From positions 203,470 through 267,469 of the forward strand of contig CAWIZL010000004.1 in NCBI GenBank assembly GCA_963840645.1: DNA of 64,000 nt, written 5' to 3'. Source of the stretch: Candidatus Doudnabacteria bacterium. Its GTDB lineage: Bacteria; Patescibacteriota; Doudnabacteria; UBA920; VMFF01. A model generated the notes under the pieces. That model worked only from the letters and a program-made list of their open reading frames with translations, was not told where the DNA came from and did not search any database. Shown here piece after piece: positions 1-10,741 of this stretch. Each line of letters begins with the position of its first letter. The stretch's first letter is position 1. The translations under genes were made by a program, and so were the position numbers.

Positions 1-250
1 GTCCTTGTTAAATTCAAAACTTATAAACTATTATACATAATAATTAACGATATGTCAAGCCCTAGAAGAGCCCTTGCGGTTTATTGCCCACAAGCATATA
101 AAATCGCTTATTTAAGCCATTTTATGTGTCTGGAAACAATGCTTTTTGAAGTTTTTGAAAAAAGGTGGGAGCACACAACAAGCTGGTTGGCTTGAATGTG
201 CTCCCTAGTTTAACTTCATCTGTTCATGGAAAGGATCTTGGCCGGCTGCC

Positions 251-2446
251 TTATGGGATTGGGATTATTGGACGAATCCCGTTCGTGATGCTTTGCAAAG
301 CAGTTCCTACTGGCTTCGTGCCAACGATGGTAGAAATGTGCGTTGCGCCACCAATAAAGTAGCTCAGGCCAAAGCCAACTGCAACTCCACCAACAAAGGT
401 CAGCACAGGAACCCACTTCGACATCCCCTTCTTTGGTACCCAGACTTTCATCGGGCATACCATCAAAGTGCCGTTAATTGAGAACGTGACTTGCAGGGTA
501 TAGTACCCTGGCGTGAGCTCTGGAGATTCCAGAAACTCTCTCACGTCACCTGCGGGCTGGCGAAACATTTCGAAGGAAAGCACTTCGCCGACCTTCAAGG
601 TTTTCGAGCTCGCTCCGTGGCCGATCTTGACCTCTTTCTGCTTTTTACCATCATCGCCTGTTTCATCCAGGCTTACTGTTGCGCGAAGTACCTTTGTCTG
701 CCCTGAGTTTGGTAAGTCAGGACTGACGTAGATGTCCACTGGCTGACCTTGCGGCACAGCGTAGCGGGCAGTTGTCGACAGCAGTCCAAAGCAGCTCGGC
801 GCGCAGCTGGTAGGCGGCGCGGGAACCGTGATGACTGTAGGAGGCGGAGGAGCGGGAACGAATGTAACGAACGCCCGATCCTGAACCTTCTGCTGGTTCG
901 AGTTTGTCGCCGTCGCAGTATTGGTAATCGTGGTCACGACCTTGAGCGTCGTGTCCACTTTGTACTCAGCCCTGCGAACTTCTTCCATTCCTGGAAGAAC
1001 ATCGGGGAGCTTCATACACTGAGGACTGGCTAGTTCCTGTGCAATACTGTCGGCTGGGATGCGCCCAGGGACAGCAGGATCACAGAGAACGTTGCCCGTC
1101 GAGGTCGTTGGTCCGGCGTTGCGAAACGTGAGCAGAAAGAACACGCTGCTCTCGTTTTGTTGGGCGAAGACGGTTTCCGTCAATTTGAACGAACCTGTCG
1201 CCGTCTTGTTAACCCGCTTGGTGAGCGAGATGTGCGGCCAATCTGTCGTAACGGGTGGCTTGCCAGCATTCACCACAAAGTTGTCGCCCTCTGCACGAAA
1301 CTGAGACATCGTTACAGGAGGTGCTCCGTTGAGGCAAACTTGCAGCAAATCCATGTAGAAGTACCCCGAACTATCCGCGTTGTCTAACCTTACGCGGGCA
1401 ACCAGGAATGGCTTCTCTGCAGGTTTCGGAACGTACGCGAAGTTCTCGCTCACGATTCCTTGCCTTCCGTAGTTAGCGTAGTATGCAGCTGCCATTGGTT
1501 CGACGGTGTATTCACCGTTGTGCAGTTTCTGGATGAACTCGTCCATCTGAGCTTGGGTAAGCTTTTGATCTCGGACTCCACGCAGGTAGCCTTCCAACTT
1601 CTCGCTTCGATCCTTGTCTGCCATGAGCTCGTCCAGCATGTCTTTGAACTCCGCTGGGGTGCGAGCTGTGGTGAAGCCGCCATACAGACCAGCAGTTTCC
1701 CTGGTGGTATGCTTTCGGAGGTAGTCGTTGTCAACCACGTTCCAGTGCTCGTAGGACTGATCTGACTTGTACCAATTCGGGTCAGTTACGACCGTCATGG
1801 TTGTCTCAGATGAAGATACGTTGGCCTTCTGACAAGCTTGGTTCTTGTACTTTGAGTACCAGGCGCGAGCACGAGCCAGCATGACCTGGTGGATGCGGGG
1901 CGAGGAATCAATTACCCCCTTGTACTCCTGTTGAACCTTGTCGTCCATACAGGCAGCCTTCTTCGTGATACTCAGTATCTCTGCCTGCACTTCCTGCGTA
2001 AAGTCATTCGGATTCGCAGGCATAGGCCAGGTGACCTCAACCCCTTTATCCGTCAGCGTGACAGTTTTGGGAGCCAGAGTCGGCGCCGTTGCCGGCACTT
2101 GCCGAACCCGTACTGCGCGATCCGCTGGAGTGCTTGCTGCGGCAGACAAAGCTGCCTGGGACGGATTGTAGCTGCCAATCTGCTCCCCTGCATCAGGGGA
2201 GGCTTCAGCACGCTGTGCCTGCATGCACGCCTTGAAGGCTCCATACAGTTTCCCGTCCGGATCTTGCGCCGGCTGCAAACATCTGCCGATCATTTTGCCT
2301 TTCGGTCGAGAATCGGGACGAGCGGCTGTTGTTTGAATTGGCTGTTGCGCAAGCACGACCTGTGCCTGCACAAAAACCATAAGCGTTAGCAATGCAACGG
2401 CTTGGTTAACCGTCGCGAGATAGTTTCGCGTTTTTTTCTTTTCCAT
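251..2446 (-). CDS. large secreted / membrane-anchored hypothetical protein
   Basis: ORF 251..2509. The ATG at 2446 is preceded by GAGGAGGA. The N-terminus MEKKKTRNYLATVNQAVALLTLMVFVQAQV looks like a signal peptide and WVPVLTFVGGVAVGFGLSYFIGG like a C-terminal TM helix. No catalytic motif recognised. Confidence 0.6.
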   Translation of the reverse strand: MEKKKTRNYLATVNQAVALLTLMVFVQAQVVLAQQPIQTTAARPDSRPKGKMIGRCLQPAQDPDGKLYGAFKACMQAQRAEASPDAGEQIGSYNPSQAALSAAASTPADRAVRVRQVPATAPTLAPKTVTLTDKGVEVTWPMPANPNDFTQEVQAEILSITKKAACMDDKVQQEYKGVIDSSPRIHQVMLARARAWYSKYKNQACQKANVSSSETTMTVVTDPNWYKSDQSYEHWNVVDNDYLRKHTTRETAGLYGGFTTARTPAEFKDMLDELMADKDRSEKLEGYLRGVRDQKLTQAQMDEFIQKLHNGEYTVEPMAAAYYANYGRQGIVSENFAYVPKPAEKPFLVARVRLDNADSSGYFYMDLLQVCLNGAPPVTMSQFRAEGDNFVVNAGKPPVTTDWPHISLTKRVNKTATGSFKLTETVFAQQNESSVFFLLTFRNAGPTTSTGNVLCDPAVPGRIPADSIAQELASPQCMKLPDVLPGMEEVRRAEYKVDTTLKVVTTITNTATATNSNQQKVQDRAFVTFVPAPPPPTVITVPAPPTSCAPSCFGLLSTTARYAVPQGQPVDIYVSPDLPNSGQTKVLRATVSLDETGDDGKKQKEVKIGHGASSKTLKVGEVLSFEMFRQPAGDVREFLESPELTPGYYTLQVTFSINGTLMVCPMKVWVPKKGMSKWVPVLTFVGGVAVGFGLSYFIGGATHISTIVGTKPVGTALQSITNGIRPIIPIP

Positions 2447-2618
2447 GAACTTGTCCTCCTCAGAACATTTCAACTTGATTGCCGCTCTCGAAACTGTGGT
2501 GCTTGCCACAGTTCGCGAAAGCTACGGAACCCCGCACAAACCACTCTCTATTAATTGTGCGGAGCTCTAAGCTCTAGCGAAACCTGGGTGCCGACGAAAA
2601 CCAACCTAAAATCGTACT

Positions 2619-3834
2619 CTACTCTTCAACCTGGGTCAACTCGCCAAACACGACGAGGCGGTTCTGCGATGTGCCCACTGGCCAACAAGTTGAGAGCGCC
2701 ACGGTTGACTTGCCAATATTGGCAAACTGCTGCTGGTCTGTTGCAGTGAAGATGCCCTTGTCGAGCACGACGTAGTCGTACGTCACTGTCTTGCCCGCTG
2801 TGTCTGTCACCGTGATGCTGAACGAGTCGTCAGCCTTCAGGTTGTTGAGCGTGGAGAAAATTTTATTGTACTTTCCAGGAATCCATGAGTAGTTAGACGA
2901 GTGGCCAGAAATGTACGATGTGCCAATGTCGCCCGGCAGCGGAGTGCCTGGGTAGTGGACAACGCCGTTCGGCAAATCACTGAGGAGGTCACTTGCGTTC
3001 TGCGTGAAGATGAGCGGCGCTGTAATGCCGAGGCTTGGCACGCTGAGCGTGCCGTTCTTTGTCTGGTCAATGGTCACGTCACCGCGCAGTGGCGTTGGCG
3101 TTGGGCCAGTGCTGCCGCTCACGCCAGCAGACGTCGATGCACCTGCAACCTCTGGCTCGCCGCCGCTCGCCTGCATTGCATCGAGCGTCAGCTTGTTTGA
3201 AATCTCTTCAAGGTCAATGCTCGAGGCAATAATTTGCTTCTGCTGTGATGTGACAGGCTTCGCCCGTGAGAGGGTCAATGCCCGCAATGAGCGCCTGTGC
3301 ATCTGTCATGCTTGAACCTGCGAGCGTTGTTTGGACGCGTGGGTTCAGGCCGAGCAGGTACTTTTGGTAGTTGGTGAGGCCGCCACCTGAAATGTCGTTG
3401 TTTGGATCAAGGATGCTCGGGTCTGACACGTCGTAGAAGTAGCTCTCAATCCACGTGTTGTACGCTGCGAGCTGAGCTGCGCTGAGCTTTGGGGTTTCGC
3501 TCGTTGCGGCCACCTGGGCTGTTTGCTGCTGCGCTGTTTTTGCAGCACCGGGCAGCCAAGACTTCACCGTGTTGGTAAAACCAGAAAAGCTGTTGGTCAC
3601 AACGCCAAAGTAGAATGCGAGCGCAACAATGAAGACCAGTGCATACACCCACACCTCGCGGAAAATTTTACCCGCAACGCTTGGCTTGGCAGGAGTAACA
3701 GGCTCTGTTATTTCTTTCATTCCAGAAGGCTGCTCAGTAGGGGCAGTGGCATTGGCATCAGTGGCAAGGCTCGGATGAACCACGCCACCCAGCAAGTTGT
3801 ATAGATCGTTTGTCCCCTGTGGAAGGTTTGCCAT
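2619..3834 (-). CDS. sortase-family transpeptidase with N-terminal TM, split by an apparent frameshift near 3270 (ORFs 3214..3834 + 2619..3302)
   Basis: Sortase motifs are present: ISGHSS (His), ALSTCWP (TLxTC-like Cys) and NRLVVFG (Arg). The upstream ORF ends ...DPLTGE and the downstream frame continues AKPVTSQQKQIIASS. Confidence 0.7.
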
Positions 3835-3920
3835 AGTTATAGGTTTAACAAACCAATGTTAACATAGTATTATACTTTTGTCAAGTACCAAAAAGCGACG
3901 TTTTACCTTATAATAAACAC

Positions 3921-5402
3921 GTGCAAAACATCAATAAAAACTACTATTTAGCGGGCATAGCCGCACTTTTGCTCTTCACCCGCCTTGGGCTTGGCTCAAT
4001 CTTTACCAGTGCCTCTGACATTACGCCCGAGAGCGTGAGCGCGGGTGTCAACAATGAACGCTCAACCAGGAGCATCCCCACCCTAAACTACAACTCTGAC
4101 CTAGCAGAAGCTGCAGCCTACAAAGCGCAGGACATGATCACCAGAGACTACTTTGCCCACCAAGACCCTGACGGAAACTACATTTGGCCAACAGACGTTG
4201 CTGACGGCTACACGCCGTACACAATTCTCGGAGAAAACCTTGCCATAAACTTTCCTGACACAGACAGCCTCATGTCTGCATGGATGGACAGCCCAGAGCA
4301 CCGCACGAACATTCTGAACCCAGCGTTCCAAGACCAAGGTGCTGGGGTTGCGAGCGGCAACACGAGCCAGGGACAGTACTCGATTTCAATTGCAAATGAG
4401 TTTGGTGCGCTCGCCGTGGTGCAGAAAGCTGCGCCGCCTGCACCTAAGCCAACGCCGACGCCAGCCCAGAAAACTACGCCTCTGCCAACAGTCACGCCGA
4501 CGCCAAGCAGCGTACTGTCCCCTGCTCCGGCGACCTTGTCCCCTGCTCCGGGCGCCTGTCCCCTGCTCAGCCAACTCCAGCACCTGTTGTGTTGCCGTCA
4601 GTTGCACTGACAGGTGCAACGCAGACAGGCAACGGCAGCAACGTGACGCTTGCCGGCACAGCTGCACCAAACTCCAGTGTCACAATTTCAGACACTGCTT
4701 TCCCAAACGTGGGACGGGAAACGGTGACGGCCAACGCAACCGGCGACTTCACCAAAAATTACGCGTGGCCTCCAGAACGGCACGCACGTGTTTGTGGCAG
4801 TCCTCGCAGATGGCAGCGCAACGAGTGCACCGTACTCTGTGGATGTCTCGACGTCTGTGCCACCAGCTGTTCAGGCTGCCACGACAGCGGCGCTCAATGC
4901 GCCGAGCGTTGACGCGCAGTCAATGAAGCTTGCTGCCTACGCGCTGGGAACTGGCACTGCCCTCGACGTGAGCGTGAACGTTGGTGGCGACGTTGCGAGC
5001 GTGAGCGCCACGGTGAACGGACAGTCAGCCAGCCTGTCTGGTGAACCAACGTCCTACTCTGGCACGCTCCTGCTGCCAGAGCACACGGGCTTAGCAGGCC
5101 AGAGCATTGTGGTCACGGCAACAGCTCCAAACGGCAAGAGCAGCTCAGCGAGCACGCCGCTCGGAAGCATTCCAATCCAGCAAACGTCTAGCGCGGGCGG
5201 CCTTTCCAATGCAGACCTCTACGGTGTATTCAAAGGCATTGCCGTGGTGTTCGGCACTGTGTTCGCAATCTTCCTGATTGGCGATTTTATTCACTCTATA
5301 AAAAACCGAGGGATGACAGCAGAAGATATAGTAAAGGGTTCTCACATTGCCGTTCTGCTCATCGCAGTGGGCACAATGCTCTTGGTGAGCTGGTGGCACT
5401 AG
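3921..5402 (+). CDS. CAP/SCP (YkwD-like) domain surface protein with Pro/Thr linker, Ig-like region and C-terminal TM; two apparent frameshifts (~4550 and ~4770)
   Basis: CAP-domain signatures YFAHQDPDGN, GENLA and WMDSPEHRTNILNP. Three consecutive ORFs (3921..4610, 4589..4912, 4788..5402) continue each other's sequence. C-terminal TM helices. Confidence 0.65.
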
Positions 5403-6316
5403 CAGCGGCTGATTCGTTCTGCAAAATTTGTGGTGCCAAACACGAGCACCAGCATGATGACGAAGATGACCAGGTTCTCGAACACGTTGTCTCGGGTAAA
5501 GTTTTTGTTCACAGAGTGGAAGAACAGGCCCCACGCCAGGTTGTAGATTGCAGTCATGAGCAGCCCTGCTGAGAAGTAGTTGACGTTCCAGAATGCGAAC
5601 ACGAAGTACGAAACGCTTGCCATTGCCAGCGCCACGAGCGCGGCGAGCGCCACGTTGCGGAAGTTCAGGCTGTTGTACTGGTACAGCGCCTGGTACTTGA
5701 GCGTGAACGTCACCGCAAAGGCGAGCGTGTAGAACGCAGCAGGTGGGAAGCAGTAGTACCAAACCACGCCGAGCGCAGCTGCGTACGCGAGCCACGACGC
5801 GTACAGCTTTGCGTAGTAGAGCAGCAGGAAGCGAGCGTTTGAAACTGGCAGGTTCTTGGTGCGGAAAATTTCTTTGAACAGCGTGTAGCAAACGACGAGC
5901 GCAACAGAGGATGTAACGATGATGGCCTGCTGCAGCTCGACGTGCCCAAAGTTTATGCCGACCAGTAGCACCGTGCCCCAGTAAATAATACCAGGCAGCA
6001 TGGCGCTGTTGTACAGGTGGCGAACGTTCTTCCACACAGCTACGTGGCCGAACCGCAGGCGGCACGCGTGCGCAAACGACTCTGCCTCAGCCAGTGGCGT
6101 GGTGCGGTCACGGAAGTGCAGGTCAAAAATGAACACGAGCCACAGCAAGAGGAACGCGTACACCACGAGGCTGAGGTACACGTACTGGGTAGGCTGGTAC
6201 AAGTTGTTCACAGCTGCGAGAGCCTCAAAGCCCCCGAACGACAGCAGCGTTACGGCAACAATTGCAATGACGTGGTGTACCCTCTCGCCCACAACTGGGT
6301 CTGTAATTTTTTTCAT
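5399..6316 (-). CDS. polytopic integral membrane protein, function unknown
   Basis: 305-aa ORF with many hydrophobic segments. It is tightly packed against its neighbours (4-nt overlaps). Confidence 0.55.
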   Translation of the reverse strand: MKKITDPVVGERVHHVIAIVAVTLLSFGGFEALAAVNNLYQPTQYVYLSLVVYAFLLLWLVFIFDLHFRDRTTPLAEAESFAHACRLRFGHVAVWKNVRHLYNSAMLPGIIYWGTVLLVGINFGHVELQQAIIVTSSVALVVCYTLFKEIFRTKNLPVSNARFLLLYYAKLYASWLAYAAALGVVWYYCFPPAAFYTLAFAVTFTLKYQALYQYNSLNFRNVALAALVALAMASVSYFVFAFWNVNYFSAGLLMTAIYNLAWGLFFHSVNKNFTRDNVFENLVIFVIMLVLVFGTTNFAERISRC

Positions 6317-7041
6317 GTGTTTTTTTTAGCTGCAGTTGCCGTATCGTGCATGAGCTGGTTCGCCCTGTACAGCGACTCGAACGTGCCTGCATCAATCCAC
6401 TCGCCGTTAATGGTGCTCACCGCAAGCTCTCCGCGCTCCATGTACCACCTGTGGATGTCCGTGATTTCAAGCTCTCCGCGCGCTGATGGCACGAGCTGCT
6501 TTGCAACTTCAACGACGCGGCTGTCGTACAGGTACAAACCTGGGATTGCGTAGTCTGAGACGAACGCCTTTGGCTTTTCGATAATCTCAACAGCCCGCAT
6601 CTGGTCGTCGAACCTCACCACGCCCATGCGCTGCGGATCTGGAACTTTCTTTGCAAAAATGTGTGCGCCGCTCTTGAAGCTCTTAATTGCGCCAGAAAAA
6701 TCATCCATGAAAATATTGTCACCCAAGATGAGAGCCACGTCAGACTTCTCTATGAACGTCTCGGCAATGGTGAACGCCTGCGGCAGACCCTCTGGCTTGT
6801 CCTGAATTTCGTACGTGAACTTTGCGCCAAACTCTTTGCCAGACCCCAGGATGCGCAGGTAGTCGCCCGCACGCTCTGGCGATACGACAATGAGAACTTC
6901 CGTGATGCCTGCAGACAGGAGCGTCTGGAGCGGGTAAAAAATCATTGGCCTGTCGTACACCGGCAAGAGCTGCTTTGACGTGACCTTCGTGAGCGGGTAC
7001 AGCCTCGTGCCGAGGCCGCCCGATAGAATTATCCCCTTCAC
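6313..7041 (-). CDS. sugar-1-phosphate nucleotidyltransferase (glucose-1-phosphate thymidylyltransferase family, short form)
   Basis: N-terminal GGLGTRLYPLT (GxGTRLxPxT) followed by KQLLPVYDRPMIFYPL, typical of RmlA-like enzymes. Confidence 0.8.
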   Translation of the reverse strand: MKGIILSGGLGTRLYPLTKVTSKQLLPVYDRPMIFYPLQTLLSAGITEVLIVVSPERAGDYLRILGSGKEFGAKFTYEIQDKPEGLPQAFTIAETFIEKSDVALILGDNIFMDDFSGAIKSFKSGAHIFAKKVPDPQRMGVVRFDDQMRAVEIIEKPKAFVSDYAIPGLYLYDSRVVEVAKQLVPSARGELEITDIHRWYMERGELAVSTINGEWIDAGTFESLYRANQLMHDTATAAKKNT

Positions 7042-8107
7042 TTGACCACCATGTTAAGGTCTACGTTCGTGCTCGACTTGCCGCGCACAATGGTGAGCGG
7101 CACCTGCTGGTCGCTCGTGTAGCCTGACAGCAGGCTCTCGAATGAGTTTGCCAAGCTCACAGCTGTGCCGCCAACTTTGGCCACAACATCGCCAGCCTCA
7201 ATGCCAGCTTCGGCAGCTGCACTGCCCTTTGCAACGGAGACAATGGCTGCACCACTCGGCACGCTGTTGAGCGATGCCAGCGAAATGGGCGTGTACTGGT
7301 ACACAATCCCAGCTCTTCGCGCTCAATCTTTCCACTGGCAAAGTACGTGCCCATGGCTGACTTCACCGTATCTGAGGTGATCACGCCAGAGCTATCAAAC
7401 AAACCTTCAACGTTGCCATCGAGCGCCACAATGGCCGAGCCACTGGCACCTGTCGCGCCGTCAATGCCAAACGTGGTTGCAACGGTGTCTGTTGAGTAGT
7501 CAGTGCTCGGGTTCAGGTTCTCTGTTGTGCTCGAAAGGTACGTTAGGTTGTCCACTCCCTGGTGCTCATCGAGCGATGGCGACAGCACAATGACGCGCTC
7601 GCCCAGCTCGAGCTGGGAAGGCTCGTCGAACGAAGCTGTAGGCTCGCCCGACACACCTGCAACTTTAATGAACACGAGGTTGCTGGCTGGGTCTTGTGCT
7701 GCCACAGTGGCGTGGCCAACTGTTCCATCTGCAAACACGACTGCCGTATTGCCAGTTTTCAGCTCAGCGCCGAGCGCGGCTTTGGTTGTGGCAACGAGCC
7801 CGTCAGACGTTAGGGTAAGCCCCGCTCCCTGGAGCACAGAACCTTGGGTTGGGCTTGCCGGTGACACAATGCCAACCACCCACGGCTGGCTGTGCTGGAT
7901 TGCGGCAATGCTGTCCGTGCCCTCGTCTTCGTGAACCACCTGCTGGTTCGTGATCACTATTGGCGCTGTCTGCGGCAAGAGGTTCCAGCGCACGAAGAAG
8001 CTGTTCTGGTTCAGGCGCGGCAGCACGTAGCGTACCAGCACCCATCCGCCAATGCCGCCGAAGATGAAACTTGAAAGTATAATGAAGGTGACGAGTTTCT
8101 TGTTCAT
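7038..8107 (-). CDS. HtrA-like serine protease with N-terminal TM and C-terminal PDZ domain; apparent frameshift near 7310
   Basis: ATG at 8107 follows GGAGG. Trypsin-fold region with GATGASGSAIV. The second ORF 7038..7304 encodes a PDZ-like segment (GAAIVSVAKGSAAAEAGIEAGDVVAKVGG). ORFs overlap at 7157..7304. Confidence 0.7.
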
Positions 8108-8114
8108 AGAAATT

Positions 8115-8837
8115 TTACCTCCACGGCGTTGACACGAGCGCAATGAACGTCACTGCAACGGCAAACCCAACGTGGAACGTAACCTTCTTACTGGTTAAGT
8201 TGTGGAACAGGTGGTAGTACGCGAGAATCCATAGGACGTAGAAAACGTTCAGCATCACAATGGCGAGCACTGTGAAGTGGAGCGGCAGGAGCACCAGGCA
8301 CCAGGCTAGCTCAACGACGCACACCACGAGGAGGCTGGCGTACGTAGACTTCACGGAACCAGGCTGCAGCACGTGCTCGAACGAAGTGCGGCAAACCGCG
8401 AACGTGGCCAAGCCGAGGAGCAGCAGCACCAAGAACGTGTTGTTCGGCATGTAGAAGTTTGCTGCAAACAGGCCAATGCTCAAGCCAAAGAACGTGAGCA
8501 GCGTTGCAAAAAAGTTTGCCTGCTCTGACACCTTTGCCAGGGTTGCCTCGCCGAGGTACAAGAGCGCTGCCGCAAGGATGAGGTACAGGCTGCGGACAGG
8601 ACTCGCAATGGGCAACAGCAAGTACACGCACACGAGCGCCGCAACAAACAATGGCACTCGAACGAGCAGCCAGGGCGTGTACACTTTTTGCTGCAAGAGG
8701 TAGCGGTAGCTGTACATGGTGAGAGCCGCTACGTACACGAGCACAGCTGGCAGCAGAAACCTAAAAACGGCAGACGTCAGCTGCACGGTGATCAAGAACA
8801 GTACGGCGAACGCGCCGCTAGCTAGCTTGTGGTTCAT
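8115..8837 (-). CDS. polytopic membrane protein, function unknown
   Basis: 240-aa hydrophobic ORF that overlaps the lgt end by 20 nt. Confidence 0.5.
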   Translation of the reverse strand: MNHKLASGAFAVLFLITVQLTSAVFRFLLPAVLVYVAALTMYSYRYLLQQKVYTPWLLVRVPLFVAALVCVYLLLPIASPVRSLYLILAAALLYLGEATLAKVSEQANFFATLLTFFGLSIGLFAANFYMPNNTFLVLLLLGLATFAVCRTSFEHVLQPGSVKSTYASLLVVCVVELAWCLVLLPLHFTVLAIVMLNVFYVLWILAYYHLFHNLTSKKVTFHVGFAVAVTFIALVSTPWR

Positions 8838-9648
8838 GGTGTTTGCGAAGCCTCACGGCTAGTATAGCTGAAGCGACCAAAACTATTAAGAGCGCCACGA
8901 CCTGGTTCAGCCTGAACACGCCCACGCCAAAGTTGATGAACGTGCTGTCAATGCGCTGGTACTCGACAAAGAAACGTCCGATGCTGTACAGGATTGCGTA
9001 CAGCAGAACCAGGTTTCCTGGCTTGGCTGTTAGCTTTTGGGCAAGCTGTGACTTTCGGCTCGCCAGCCACAGCAGCGCGCAGAACACTGCCAAATCCCAC
9101 GCCATCTCGTACGCGAACGTTGGCGTGAAGTACGAGAACGCAGCGTAGCGCTCTGGACGAAACTGCAGGGGCACGTACATTTTCCACGGCAGGTTTGTGG
9201 GGTAGCCAAATGCCTCGTAGTTCACAAAGTTACCGATGCGGCCAATTGCCTGGCCGAGCGGCAGGCCGACAACCGCGACGTCCACGAGTTTGCCAAAGCT
9301 CACCTTGTGCCTGCGGCAGAACCACCACAGCGCGACTGCGCCAAAGGCAACTGCGCCGTAAATGCCAAGTCCCCCGTTCCAAACTTCCAAAATTTCTACT
9401 GGGCGCAGCAGGTAGTACGTGCCGGATGAAAACACGTGGTAGAGGCGCGCCCCGACAAACCCCCAGACAACCACCCAGAACAGTGCATCATCAAACTGAT
9501 CCTGGGTGATCTGGCTGGCTAAGTCACTCTTCTTGAACTGCCAGCGTGCCACAAAGTACGCGGCAACAATGGCAATGGCCATGATCACACCGTACCAGTG
9601 CACGTACACAGAACCTATGCTGAAACCTTGCGTGAGGATGAATGACAT
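8818..9648 (-). CDS. lgt: prolipoprotein diacylglyceryl transferase
   Basis: Lgt motifs HWYGV, GARLYHV, GRIGNFVN and PTFAYE, with a multi-TM profile. Confidence 0.85.
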   Translation of the reverse strand: MSFILTQGFSIGSVYVHWYGVIMAIAIVAAYFVARWQFKKSDLASQITQDQFDDALFWVVVWGFVGARLYHVFSSGTYYLLRPVEILEVWNGGLGIYGAVAFGAVALWWFCRRHKVSFGKLVDVAVVGLPLGQAIGRIGNFVNYEAFGYPTNLPWKMYVPLQFRPERYAAFSYFTPTFAYEMAWDLAVFCALLWLASRKSQLAQKLTAKPGNLVLLYAILYSIGRFFVEYQRIDSTFINFGVGVFRLNQVVALLIVLVASAILAVRLRKHHEPQAS

Positions 9649-9667
9649 TAGTGCCGTGCTCAGTTAG

Positions 9668-10244
9668 TTAAAAGAGGCTTACCTGCTTTTGTACAGACTG
9701 CTTTGGCACTGGCTCTGACCACTTTACTGGAATGCTCTTCACATCAAAGAAATCTTTGTAGTGAATTTTTCCGTTCACCATGCCAAACTCGTACACGTCG
9801 CGCGTGATGCGCACGTCGTCTTGGCAGTACTTCTTCAGCAGTTGCCATGCGGCCGTTGCGCCAGTACACCAGAGCCTCGCGCCCGCTGCCAGACTTGCCA
9901 GTGCCGAGCGTTGCCTGCGCAATTGTATCGAGGCCAATGCGGTGGCCAAGGTACGACTGAGCGCTCTCAATGATATCGAGGTACGGCACCTGGTGAATGT
10001 CAAAGTTCAGGTACGGGCGAAGCACCTCAAAGTCAAAATCTTTTATGTTGAACCCAATGACCTGGTCTGTGTTCTGTAAAATTTCTGCCAAGCGGTGGAT
10101 TTCGCCTTCAGTGTAGGAGCTGAACTTTCCTGTTTCGTACTCGTAAATGCAGCAGACTGAAATTTTGAGGAGGTGGTTCTTGCCGCGGCCACCAACCTCT
10201 GCAAATTCTTTTTGTGTCTCTAAATCTAGAACTATTTTTTTCAT
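9668..10244 (-). CDS. RNase H-fold 3'-5' exonuclease (DEDD type), apparent frameshift near 9850
   Basis: Begins MKKIVLDLET (ExoI D-E). Also GFNIKDFDF, and the C-terminal piece in the second frame reads WQLLKKYCQDDVRITRDVY. ORFs 9744..10346 and 9668..10003 overlap. Confidence 0.6.
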
Positions 10245-10349
10245 TGTGTGGGTTTGTTCTTGTGTATGGTAGCGCACTTTTGACGATTTGCAAAATATAT
10301 TGGAAAGTGGTAGAATGTTTTTGTTACACGCAAACCAAGGAGGCAAGCG

Positions 10350-10691
10350 ATGAACTATAGGTGCATTCTAGTAAAGTGTTCCTACGTGAAGAACCCTGGC
10401 GTTGTAGCCGAGATCAACCTGGCAGTTCTGGGAGAACGACAGGGCAAGGATTTCATGGATGAAATCGATGCTCAACTTTGGGAAGCAGATTTCGTGGCAG
10501 AACTTGCGAGGACCCCAAAGGACAAGGTTATTCATCTCTCAGCGTGCGGCGTCCAGCAAACCAACCTCAACAACGAAACGTGGTCTTACGTCTATGGATC
10601 TGCCGAAGAAATCATTCAGAGAGCAAGAGCACACACCCTACTGCTGGTGCAGGGATCCAACGCTCCCATCAGCTCGCCCGCCGGAACCTAA
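10350..10691 (+). CDS. hypothetical protein
   Basis: ATG preceded by AAGGAGG. 113 aa. The stop codon sits inside the loop of a strong terminator. Confidence 0.55.
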   Translation: MNYRCILVKCSYVKNPGVVAEINLAVLGERQGKDFMDEIDAQLWEADFVAELARTPKDKVIHLSACGVQQTNLNNETWSYVYGSAEEIIQRARAHTLLLVQGSNAPISSPAGT

Positions 10692-10710
10692 CCGGCGGGC
10701 ACTTTTATTT
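10676..10710 (+). terminator. rho-independent terminator
   Basis: Stem GCCCGCCGG / CCGGCGGGC with a 7-nt loop, followed by ACTTTTATTT. Confidence 0.7.
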
Positions 10711-10724
10711 CTGCGCAATTTTAA

Positions 10725-10741
10725 TGTATAATGCACCAATG
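10725..10741 (+). promoter_or_regulatory. extended -10 promoter (TGTATAAT) placed 6 nt before the aspS ATG; candidate leaderless start
   Basis: TATAAT at 10727..10732 and ATG at 10739, with no Shine-Dalgarno sequence between them. Confidence 0.45.
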
